Positions 52,227 to 64,000 of a stretch of DNA of 64,000 nt are shown here, piece by piece; the first letter of the stretch is position 1; every line of letters begins with the position of its first letter. The stretch spans positions 55,986,001 to 56,050,000 of the forward strand of contig OX597819.1 in NCBI GenBank assembly GCA_951406725.2. Reading direction: 5' to 3'. The position numbers and the translations under genes were made by a program. The notes under the pieces were generated by a model. It worked only from the letters and a program-made list of their open reading frames with translations, was not told the origin of the DNA and searched no databases. This DNA comes from Octopus vulgaris (taxonomy: Eukaryota).

Positions 52227-53501
52227 TTGGGTTGTCCGGAAAGTTCGTGCCGATTTATAGTAACTTACATTTCGACTTATTTTAGAACATGGTTGAGTCC
52301 ATAAAATAGGATTTGACTACACCTCCATTTAGAGCACAGTTTAAGCTATCTTTTTGTGGAAGAAGGTTTGTGTTCCTATAACCTGTACTGATTCTGTAAC
52401 CCTTTAAACTGGAAGACAAAGAAGTTCATTTTCGGCACTTGATGCTTTTCTTCTTCCGTAAAGGGAAAAATGCTTCACAAGCAACCAAAGAAATATGGGC
52501 AGTTTACGGTGATGATTCTTTATCCGAAAGAACTGTATGGAAGTGGTTCGCAAGGTTCCGGGCTGGAGATTGTAGCCTTATTGATAAAGAGTGATCAGAC
52601 AGACCATCCACTACAGATGTTGAACAAATCAAGTCATTAATTGAGAATAACCCACATTGCACAACCCAAGAATTAGCAGAAAGTCTCAACCTATCAAAAT
52701 CCGTCGTTCATGAGCACCTGGTAAAGCTTGGGTACACAAATCGCTACGATATTTGGGTACCACATGAGTTGAGTGAGGAGAACCTTTTGGATCGCATTTT
52801 CATCTGTGATTCACTTTACAAACGGAATGAAAACGCACCTTTTTTAAAGCAAATTGTGACTGGTGATGAGAAACGGATTATCTACCGAAATGTTCAGAGA
52901 AAGCGATCTTGGAGTAAGCGACATAAGCCACTCTTAGCCACCCCAAAAGCGGGTCTTCACCCTAAAAAAAGTCTTACTTTGTGTCTGGTGGGATTGGAAA
53001 GGAATTCTGTACTATGATCTTCTCCCAGGTAACAAGATAATTAATTCTGAGAAATACTGCACACAACTGGACGAGTTAATAGTAGTAATTCAAAAGAAAC
53101 GTCCAGAGTTGGCCAACAGGAAGGGTGTTGTTTTCTAACATGATAATGCAAGACCGCACGTTTCTTTGGGAACTAGACAAAATGTGCTGCAGCTCAGCTG
53201 GGATGTGTTACTCCACCTTCCATATTCACCAGATATTGCTCCTTCGGATTTCCACTTATTCAGAATAGTTTTAATGGTAAAAATTTCAAATCATTGGATG
53301 ACGTAAAAAGATACCTTGATGAATTCTTTGGCATGAAACCACTTCAATTCTGGGAAGAGGGTATTTTCACTTTAAAGGAAAGATGGAGACGCATTGTGCA
53401 ACAAAATGGTTCATATTTGGTTGATTAAAAATGTAATGGCAAGTATTTATTGACATTTTTCTTTCCTTTAAAAATCGGCACGAACTTTCTGGACAACCCA
53501 A
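52227..53501 (+). mobile_element. Full-length inactivated mariner transposon
   Basis: TIRs TTGGGTTGTCC(G/A)GAAAGTTCGTGCCGATTT with TA on both sides. Transposase relic at about 52410-53428 shows WVPHEL, TGDEKR, HDNARPH and PYSPDIAPSDFHLF, with stops and frameshifts. Confidence 0.95.
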
Positions 53502-53919
53502 TAGAAATGTTTTAACCAACAGCCCGTTGGAGTTAGATTTGGTCAAACTAAAAGTCCAGAGTGAAATGGGATCTAATGTAGAATGCATTTTCTGTGATAG
53601 TTGAAGATTTGAAATCACGAGTCATCTGACAGTTGCCCAACATAGGATTGCTCTTGTAGTATGAGTTAAGAAAGAACACAAAGAACGTGTATGGCTGCAT
53701 AATATGTAGACCACATAATGAAAATAACTATAGAAATCATTATTGTTCTTTGCCCTTTTTCTCCAATGTAATATATGGTGTAAGATGTAAGATGTCTATC
53801 TGTTTTATGACTGGGGACTCAACCAAAGGAATGTGTGTGTGTGTGTGTGTGTGTGCGTGTGTTTGTATGCGTATATAAGTGTGTGTGTATATGTATGTAT
53901 ATATGTATATATATGTATG

Positions 53920-53954
<35 letters not shown>

Positions 53955-53991
53955 GTATATATATGTATATGTATATATGTATATATGTATG

Positions 53992-54069
<78 letters not shown>

Positions 54070-55002
54070 TGTATACATGTATCTCTCTCTCTCTGTATGT
54101 ATGTATATGTATCAAATTCCAAGCGTAAAATGGCTTTTGTCGTCTCCTGATGAAGTCTAGTGGTATTGAACTATTAAAATGAAATATAGATAAAACTAGT
54201 CATTCCATTAACCGTCGCACACGAAATAATCTATATTTCAATCAAAAGCTAATGGTCAGGAAAAAATGGAATCCAGCCGACAAAAGGCTCCGAGTTAGAG
54301 TGATAACACAATGCTCATAAAACAGAAAATAACGTGCCAGGCACGCCATTGAAAATTTCCGAAAGAATCCAGAATTTCATAATACGGTTGATAGCCAAAA
54401 GCCTCAGCTACTGAAAGAAACAAACAAATATAAATGATAAAACACTTATAAAGAAAAGCAATTTCATTAACTGTTCAACGAAAAATCACCTAGAATTCTT
54501 TCTTAATATTTTCTTTTCGAAAGGTTCAATATTTTTCTCGTCCCCGATGACCAATACTGATCTACGGGATGAAAATTGCATACAAAAAAGAAAAAGAAAA
54601 AAATTAAAGATTGTTAAGGGGATATTTTACTAGCCAGGTCATAGCGAATATCATTGTGTTCAATAAAAGAGTCATTGTTATTACGAGGAAGAAACCTTGC
54701 AAAATTTCTTACTCCCGTTGTACAAAAGCTCACGCTTCTCTGTTATTATCTATTCTGCCAAATTAGTTAAAATGTTTCGTCGGAGATGAGGATGCAAACT
54801 TTATTTTGGTCTAGATATCGCCTACGTCTGAATTATATTGACGAGTTATTTACGCTGAGCAAAATTCGAATTCAAACGCTATCAAAAAATCTTTTGGTTT
54901 GAGGAAGTTTAGGAAGAATGATGCCGGTAAGTATTAGTGCAATATGCTACCGACATTGATTATAGGGATTAAAATCAAGAAAATATTACTTTCAGAAGTG
55001 TG

Positions 55003-55079
<77 letters not shown>

Positions 55080-55167
55080 ACGCTTTTCAAGGTCTTAGGG
55101 TACAGATATAGGAAAAAAGTCTCGTAACGTTGGATAAAAAATTACAGATTCGCATGTATTGAATAAA

Positions 55168-55345
55168 CGAATGCATACATTATTTACATTATTTACAATT
55201 GACGGATATACCCTCTAGCCTTCACCAGGTGTCTTGGGAAATTTTCGAACCCGAGTTCTCATTCCTAAGGTATCTTTCGATGTTGTTGTTGTTATTGTTG
55301 TTATTATTATTATTATTGTTGTTATTATCATCATCATCATCATCA

Positions 55346-55395
<50 letters not shown>

Positions 55396-55501
55396 GTTAT
55401 TATTATTCAGGTCACTGCCTGGAATTGAACTCGGAATATTGGGGTTAGTAGCCTGCGTTCTTAACCACTACGCCATATGCCCGCTCCTCTCAGTGTGTGG
55501 C

Positions 55502-55577
<76 letters not shown>

Positions 55578-55785
55578 TAATAATAATAATAATATAATAA
55601 TTACATTGAAAAATACCTTAGGAATGAGAACCCAGGTTCGAAATTTCCGCAAGACACCTGATGAAGGCTGGAGGGTATATCAGCCGAAACGTGTTAACAA
55701 CAAACAAGATGAGGACAAATATCCATCAGTTGTAGCTAATGTAAATAATGTACCTAATTCCTTATCTCTTAAATATAGAACTGTA
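55168..55785. mobile_element. Second inverted pair of tRNA/hammerhead elements
   Basis: The minus copy (55168-55482) has the tRNA head, (AAT)n and a tail with an internal deletion that removes GAAA. The plus copy (55481-55785) lacks the head and has GACAC-CTGATGA-A-GGCTG..CAGCC-GAAAC-GTGTT at 55653-55695, with the GTT lost. Confidence 0.8.
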
Positions 55786-56486
55786 TAAACGAATGTATCT
55801 TTTCTCTCTGGTTTGTACAAATACATACACACGCACGCATATATATATATATGTATGTATATATGTGTGTATATATATATATATGTGTATGTATGTAAGT
55901 ACGTAAATACATACATGTACACATACATATACATATACATATGCATAAATATATATATACACACACACACACAAACACACAAACACACGCACACACATAT
56001 ATAGTGAGATAGAGGAAGAGTGTAAAAATTATTTTTGCCCTCAACTACTACATTAACGCAACATATTAATTACTAACGCTCATTAATACAGCATATTGAT
56101 AATGGATCATATTTGTTCTACTTTGATAAGAAAAAAAAGTAATTGAATACTTCTATCCAGTATGACGCATTTCATAACTTCAAGTTAAAACTAATTTAAT
56201 CAATACCTAAATTAATTAATTATGGCCTTACTGAACGAGATACATTTTGTGTGAACTGGAGGCTGTTATGGTGTTGATTAATTTTATCACTTTGGTTGTG
56301 TTGTTAATATTTCTGAGATAGACATAGACTAACCACCCCAATCCAGTATTCTTCCACTCTTCGATAAAATATATGAATTTTCTGCCTCGAGAAATGAAAG
56401 AAATATTCAAATATATCTTAAGATCAGCAATACTGCATTTACTGTCTCTTAGCAGGGTTTCACCTCTCTGATGCTAATAAATCACA

Positions 56487-56783
56487 AAATAAAGAACCGC
56501 TCCTCTCAATGTGTGGCATTATAGCTTTGTAATAAGCAAATAATTAAATAATTAAAGCGAGTAAACCCAGAGGAGTACGATGCCCGAGTGGTTAAGGCGT
56601 TGGACTTAAGATCCAATGAGAGTGGGGTTCGAATCCTCACGGATGACTGATCATTGGATCTTAAGTCCAACGCCTTAACCACTCGGGCATCGTATTCCTC
56701 TGGGTTTACTCGCTTTAATTATTTAATTATTTGCTTATTACAAAGCTATAATGCCACACATTGAGAGGAGCGGTTCTTTATTT
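56487..56783. repeat. Inverted repeat, 133-bp arms with one mismatch, 31-bp spacer
   Basis: 56487-56619 is the reverse complement of 56651-56783. Confidence 0.95.
56574..56645 (+). pseudogene. tRNA-Leu(TAA)-derived sequence
   Basis: CCGAGTGGTTAAGGCGTTGGACTTAAGATCCAATG matches the D and anticodon arms of metazoan tRNA-Leu(UAA), and GGTTCGAATCC is present. The variable arm is deleted and the acceptor stem does not pair. Confidence 0.8.
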
Positions 56784-59737
56784 CACTAACAACGAATTGT
56801 TCGGCATGGAGCTTTAGAAAAAACCAATTCTATGCAAAATGAGCTTCTACTTCACACAGTTCCTAGCACGAGTGGTATATGTATTATTCCTTAGTGGGTG
56901 TCGTTTAAATGTTAGGTTCTTAGTAGTTCGTTCTCAGAGGCGTCCAAGTGGATGTTTGGTGGGGGTGTTTTTCTAGTTTTGAAAATTCCTTCGGTAAAGT
57001 CTTTGCTGTTGTGATAGGTCGTCTCTGCTTGGTTGTTTTTATCGTAGAATAAGGCTTTTCCATCGTAAACGGTGGATGATGTCTGTTAATTTTGCAATCA
57101 CTTCTTTTAGATATACATCTTTAGGTGGAATCGGTATATCCTTTAATGATGCTTCTACTGTTATTTGCTCCGTTTTACCAGTAGGTGCTTGCGTTATGTC
57201 TGGCTAATGCAACTTAGCAAGAAATATATATGTTAAGTAAGATATGAATTACAGGTTATGCAACCATCTCTCTCTCTATCTATATATATATGTATATATG
57301 TATATATATATATATGTATACACACACATACATACAACGGGCTTTCAATTTCCCTCTACCAAATCCATTCATAAGGCTGTGACACTTGCTCATTTTAATT
57401 AAAGAGTAAAATTCTAAATTAGGCAATTAAAGCCATTAGAACAACCACTGGTTTCTTGCCTTTTGATTTTTTTGATATATTTTTAATCTTTACAATATTA
57501 GAATGCGACCATGCTGGGGCACCATCTCAAAGGGTTTTAGTTCGACGTCTATAATTGTGAGTCTTTGTGCCTATGTTTGTTTCCTACCGCCGCTCGATAA
57601 CTGGTGTTGGTTTGTTTGCTTCTTGCAAATTATTTTGCTCAGTTTCTTTTGACGAACCACTAATTTGCGAGGAATAAACAAATCAACACCAGTTATCACA
57701 GCAGTGGAAAGGAACAAATGCAAGCACAAAGACTCACTCTTACATGCACACACACGCACACCCATACACACACGAAGGGCTTCCATACAGTTTCCATTTA
57801 TCAAATTCACTCATAAGATATTGGTCGGCCCAGGGCTATACTAAGAATTTGCTCAAATTGCCGCGCTGTGAGACTGAACCCGAAACCATGTAACTGCAAA
57901 ACGAACTACGTAACCCCACAATTATGTATTTGCTGAGCTCATCTGATATATTTAGGACAGCATAGTAGAGTCACAGCCAAGTTAATATTCTTGACATGCT
58001 ACTAAGTCGTCATCTAATTCAACGCTACCATCAAGGTTTGAATGCTTTTAACGAAGTCCACTCTGTCGCAATCATTCTAGCCAGATCTATGTGTGAGGAA
58101 AAATTTAGAGCTTTTCTCCTCTGGACACGGAGGTCCTGAAAAGTGTCATAGATGCTACTCTTCCTCCTTTCGCTAAGCCATGAAGAATAAAAAGAAGGAA
58201 ATTTACTGAGATTAATGTCATTGAGTTACGAGTGGACGTGAGAGAGAAATATTTACACATGCTCTGACACACGACCTATAGTCAAACCTTCAATACACAA
58301 GATACAAAAAGACAATACCACTTGTGAAGCGATGCGAACTGCTGACATTTTGGTTGATTGTTCAACGTTCTACGAATTTCGTTGCGTATCTGAGCTTATT
58401 AAGTCATGTATTAGATTCATAGTACTGATTGTGATCAGGTGAGCAGTATGTTCTTAATGTGACCTTGTGCTTACGTATTGGATATAAATATCGTTCGTAA
58501 ACAAACTATTGAGTTGGAAGATTTCTATCCAATGATTTCAAATAATTGATATGATGAACTCAAATAGAGGTTACAGTGAACTTGATGAATTCAAATAAGA
58601 GATGCGTCATTTTGCTTCAATGAGGAGCCAACCTACCCAGCAGAACGTAATATTAAATGAAGAATCAGATATAATGAAACCGATTACAATATTTGAATAT
58701 CAATTATAATCTAGCGAGTAGTTTCTCTAGCACGAAAACACACTTGAATACCTAAGGCGATATAATATAATTTCTTTTGACTCGGTACAAGATGTTTTCA
58801 AAGAAGTGTGTGGAGTTAATTGAATCGACATCAGTATATTAATTGTACGGAAAATAAATCACTTCGAACGATATATTAATCTCTGAACAGTTCTATTATA
58901 CTTTGTCAAACAATATACATTATTGTACACTTACAATATGACTGAAGTACGTCAAGAGTTGTCTCCCGTATTACTGAAAGAATTATTGTATTAGTCAATG
59001 AATAATATTTTTTTTCACAGTAGCTTAATTATCCCAGCAACAAATGTTGGCGCGAAGTTAATGGGATATAATTCATAGATACTGAAAGAAAATTAAAAGT
59101 ATAATCCTCTGTATTACGATCTAACTGTGGGAAGTATTTTGTTGGACGCTGTGAGAACTGGGAACAGGTATAGTTGAATGGTTATGAAATTTGCTTCGCA
59201 ATTAAAAGCTTTCAGTTTATTTCTTTATTCTACAATTCTTGGGTAGGTCGATCAAACCTTGTGGGTAAATTTGTTAGAGAGGAAACTGTGGAAGCTTCTT
59301 AAAGGGATCGTCAAAGTTGTTGGGCAGCAGACCTAGTCCGTTGCCCGACTGAATACCACATCTGACCCTTGAATAACTTCATTGGAGTACATTCTGTTAG
59401 AAACATTCAAAAGCGTTTCCTGTTTGCGAAACAATTCTATCTTTCCTCTCAGCTGTCTCGAAAGCCATGACAAAGAACATTGGCGCTGCACTTCCTTCTT
59501 CGAGCAAGCCATGACAAAAAACCCCATCAATTAAATGTCCTAATTACGTAAGACAATAATAAAAAAAAACTCTAAGAAAAGCCTCCGCAAAAAACCCTAA
59601 ACATTTCTGCTGTGGTTTTTCAAAATCAAAAAAATATGATTAACATTTCTAGAAAAGAGGCTGTGGCGTTGCATCAAGAATAAACAAAGAATCAAAATTT
59701 ATTTCTCTTACTAAATTATATCGTCTGCACTCCAATA

Positions 59738-60528
59738 CGTATTCTGATCAATAAGTATCCAGACTGTTGCTATAGTAACGAAGCTAAAGCGCGGAGAGTA
59801 AAGCCGCTTGGCACAGACTGACCTTGAACTCCGTTGTGCAAGCGCACGTCTTAGCTCACTTTCGCTGTTTACAGCAGTGCTTGGAAGGAAGGTGTAGCGT
59901 GTGAGCGTCGCATTGACCATGATAGATAAACATGAGCATAAAATCTGCACCAACTTTTGCCAAAAGCTTGGCGGTACCTGCTCAGAAGCTTACGCACAGT
60001 TTTCAAAAAGTTTTTATTGCATTGGATACAATCAAGGAGATCTTATGAAATTGAAACATTAGGGTCTTTTTGGTCAGCTGAAATTTGGCTCAAATTTGGC
60101 AGGTACGTGTCTCATACCCAAATTTTCAGTGATAACGGTCTGAACTGAACCGTAACTTATCTGCACATCTTCTGATAACTCACGGATAGTGATTCGATGA
60201 TTTCCCCTCACATCTGCACGCACATCTGCGATGTTTTTCTCAATTCTGCAGAAGTTCGTCAATATCGACAATTTTGCAGCCACCTTGGAATCATCCGAAA
60301 GACTCGTACACTTGTGTGCGGCTCATATACTCCTCTCCATACACTTTCTGCAACTTTGCGTAGGGCTCTGAGCAGGTATCTCCATAACTACTTTCTCTCT
60401 CATGGTCAATACAACGATCATACGCTACACACATTCCTTCCAAGCACTGTTGTAAACAGCGGAAGGGCGCTAGAACGTTAAAACTTAATGCGCATGCACA
60501 GCAGAGTTTAAGGTCAATCTTTGCCAAG
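59738..60528 (-). mobile_element. Non-autonomous mariner-type fold-back element (family of 12800-14928)
   Basis: TA-CGTATTCTGATCAATAAGTATCCAGACTG terminus, inverted duplicated 5' region and HTH relic KLQKVYGEEYMSRTQVYE..ITIRELSEDVQISYGSV. Confidence 0.8.
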
Positions 60529-60564
60529 AGGATCTTAGTGTCTGTCCATGCGCCTGACTGTCTA

Positions 60565-60975
<411 letters not shown>

Positions 60976-61160
60976 CACGCACACGCACACATACACACAC
61001 AAACGCACACACAAGCACACATAATTCAGTAACAGTAACCTCGAAACGGCGCAGAGATGAAAATTATACAACTACATAAAATGGCAGTTCAACAATGCAA
61101 TTTTTAATGCAAGGATGAGAGACTGAAAGAGGGAGAGAGAGAGAGAAAAAGAAAGCAAGC

Positions 61161-61192
<32 letters not shown>

Positions 61193-63542
61193 GGTAATAT
61201 AAGTGGGAGTGAGAGAAGAAGAGTAAACGGCAGTAAGAGAGTTACAAAATATACTTTTGAACGAAGGTGGATTGTAGCTGGTGCGTTTAGTTGATCGAAA
61301 TGGTTTAAGCAATAATATAAACATGAAAAGTGAAGAGATCACACGATGATGAACCAGGTTTAGGCGTGATAGAAGGCTGGATGATTAAAAAAAAAAGATT
61401 ATATTTTGTACAAATTGAAAAATTAAAGCATTTATAAACTTCAATTTTCTTTAACCTTTCTTTAATTTTGAAAATAATGAAGAATTTAGAAAAATAATTT
61501 TGAGATTATTAAACTGTTGTTGGGAACATGAATTACAGGTACAACACTAACTTCCCGAGGACTGATAGCCAGAACTCCTTATGATCGGCACTAATTTAGA
61601 CTCATGTATAAGTAATTGTATTTTGTGTAATTTACTTAATTTAGAGTATGTTGACCCCAGGTAATTACCCTTGGTTCAGAAAAAAAATCGGTAATCTTGT
61701 AAGGCGTGCGGAATCAAAGGTTCAGGATATGTTAATGGAAGGTTTTAATTTTGGTTACTTTAAAGCAAAAGAACCATGGGCGGTCACAGGTGGGTTGGTA
61801 TCAAAAATGTTAACACAATGTTAGTAATGCCGAGGGCCAATTAGTTTATCAATGTAAAAATCATTGCCAGCTTCAAACAAAGAAACTCTTTCGTTTCAGT
61901 CCTTCCTCTAAATATTGGTTTCAAATTTTGTACAAGGCCAATAAATTCGAGGGATGGAGTAAGTCGAGTACATTGACACCGAAAGGGATGCAAAAGCAAT
62001 GTCAAGTTCGGCAGAATTTGAACTTATAACGTAAGGAAGACGAAATGTCGCTAAGTATTTTGTCCGGCGTGCTAACGATTCTGCCAGCTCACCGCCTGCC
62101 TTCCTCTAAATAAAAAAATATTGAACTGCCAGGTTTCACTCTCCTTCCCATCATTGAAAAAAGAAAGCACAAAAACATACCACCTCCTAGAAACTTGTTC
62201 CATTCTCTTGTGTTTCTAGCGTTTCAACTAATAGTTATTGTCTGAACTAGGAATGATTAGTCAAACTAAAAGTAAGTTGTTGAACTAAAAGCAGCTGGCT
62301 GAATATCACAAACGCTTAACCGAATATCTCTCAGCGGAGCCGTTTGAATCAAGATTTTGTCATGTAGCTACAATATTTGCTCTAGATCATTTGAAAATTT
62401 GGAGAGTTTACAAATAACTTTAAATTGAAGACAAAATGTCAGTGAAAGGTCAAAATCTGTTATAGTCAACTTCTTACAAGAAAACTTCCCAGAACGATAA
62501 GCAAACAAAATTCCTACTCAATGCCAACAAATAAACATGATGCAAATACGCAAGTATTGCTTCTTCTTTTTTTTATTATTTTCCTTTCAAATTCTTTTTA
62601 AAATACCAAATTATCGCTAGACTACTTTGTCACGCATAGTGTTCAAATCGTGTCCTATTGATCAGCTGCACATCTCATCACGATAGGAAGTAATAAACAG
62701 CGTCGAGATACGATCGTGTTAAGTATTTCTTTGAACTAAAGACACCGATATTTTTGATTATATATATCTAACAGTAAAACAGTAAAAGAAATAAAACAAA
62801 ATTAAAACCAAGTTATCTCAAATTTCCCATTTTATAACACTTGTAGAGTAATAGCCAACTAAGGATGATATCAGACTGTTAGGTTTTTAATCTAGTTCTA
62901 GGCATTCGATTGCATCCATTAGTTGGACATTATCTGACAGTTTACTTCCTTATCACGTGCTCTTATTACCAACTTGGATCTTTAACCTTACACTGACTAA
63001 GTATGTTAACATAAACACAAGTGACGCAATTTACTGCATGGTGTATTTTGGTTTACGCTATTTGTTTTGAAAGTGAACAATCAACGGTTCTTCATCAATG
63101 TTTCTACAACGTTTATAAAAGCAGGATTAACGCTCAGTCTTCTGTTTGGTATGAAAACCAGCTATTGTAATTAAACCAATTAATTACCATCAAATGATTC
63201 TGTATCACTATCCAAACGAAGGGCTCTGTTAGCAATGTTAGTGTTTTTACTTCCTCACAGCAAAGCAATTTATTCCAATTAGAACTGTTTAAACAATAAT
63301 GTAATGTTGCTTTAAGATATTAATTTACAATAACTCTTTTTCCTTAGCTACATAAATGCGTTTCAGTTCTGTTAAACAGCGCTGAATTCAAATAACATCT
63401 GAATCTAAGAAGAGAATTAGTTCCGGTGCATCAGAGCTCAGAGGTTGATAATGTTCAAAGCCTTCATTATGTAATATTCGAGGAGTATGTAATTACAGAA
63501 AACTGTTGATAAATACATATTCTCACATCTGAAATGCACATG

Positions 63543-63593
<51 letters not shown>

Positions 63594-63861
63594 ACACATA
63601 CACACGCACACGCACGCACACGCACGCACACGCACGCACACACACATTTAAACATATATATTTACCGAAACACGTAACGATAAAATGACGCGATACGTTC
63701 TAACGCCAATACATACATGCACATGTCATCACTATTATTATATTCCTGTGAAGGATCGTCACATACTTGACGGAATATGACGATGTGGCGTGCTGTTTGG
63801 ACGCAGACAATTTGGCTTAACATTCAGCGTATTTTAGCGACTGTATATTTTGGTGCTGTGG

Positions 63862-64000
63862 AGGCGTAATGGCCCAGTGGTTAGGACAGCGGACTCGCGG
63901 TCGGAGGATCGCGGTTTCGTTTCCCAGTCCGGGCGTTGTGTGTGTTTATTGAGCGAAAACACCTAAAAGCTCCACGAGGCTCCGGCAGGGGGTGGGGTGA
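63862..64000 (+). mobile_element. SINE family C, cut by the window end
   Basis: GGCGTAATGGCCCAGTGGTTAGGACAGCGGACTCGCGGTCGG...GGTTTCGTTTCCCAG, matching 15509-15640. Confidence 0.8.

Noticed and set aside
56574-56645. Functional tRNA-Leu gene
   Set aside because: The acceptor stem cannot pair, the variable arm is missing and there is no poly-T terminator directly downstream.

Overview
AT-rich, microsatellite-dense eukaryotic DNA. The SINE families resemble those of Octopus/coleoid cephalopods (recognised from memory, not searched). Only one host coding exon is supportable: the large terminal exon of a GT92 (DUF23, galt-1-like) glycosyltransferase at 1214-2156. The rest is mobile DNA. It includes a probably full-length R4/Dong-clade LINE with an uninterrupted 1241-codon RT plus restriction-like-endonuclease ORF sitting in (TAA)n, with truncated and decayed relatives. 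It also holds mariner and maT relics, Helitrons (one with a RepHel fragment), a Penelope-type GIY-YIG relic, a CR1/Jockey-type relic, an RTE-derived non-autonomous element and three common tRNA-SINE families. The most unusual signal is a set of short non-coding elements that carry Penelope-type minimal hammerhead ribozyme motifs and occur as inverted fold-back pairs. One family joins a Pol III tRNA-like head, an (AAT)n spacer and a hammerhead tail, and its spacer is itself the landing pad for the Dong LINE. Most ORFs in the supplied track are microsatellite artefacts.
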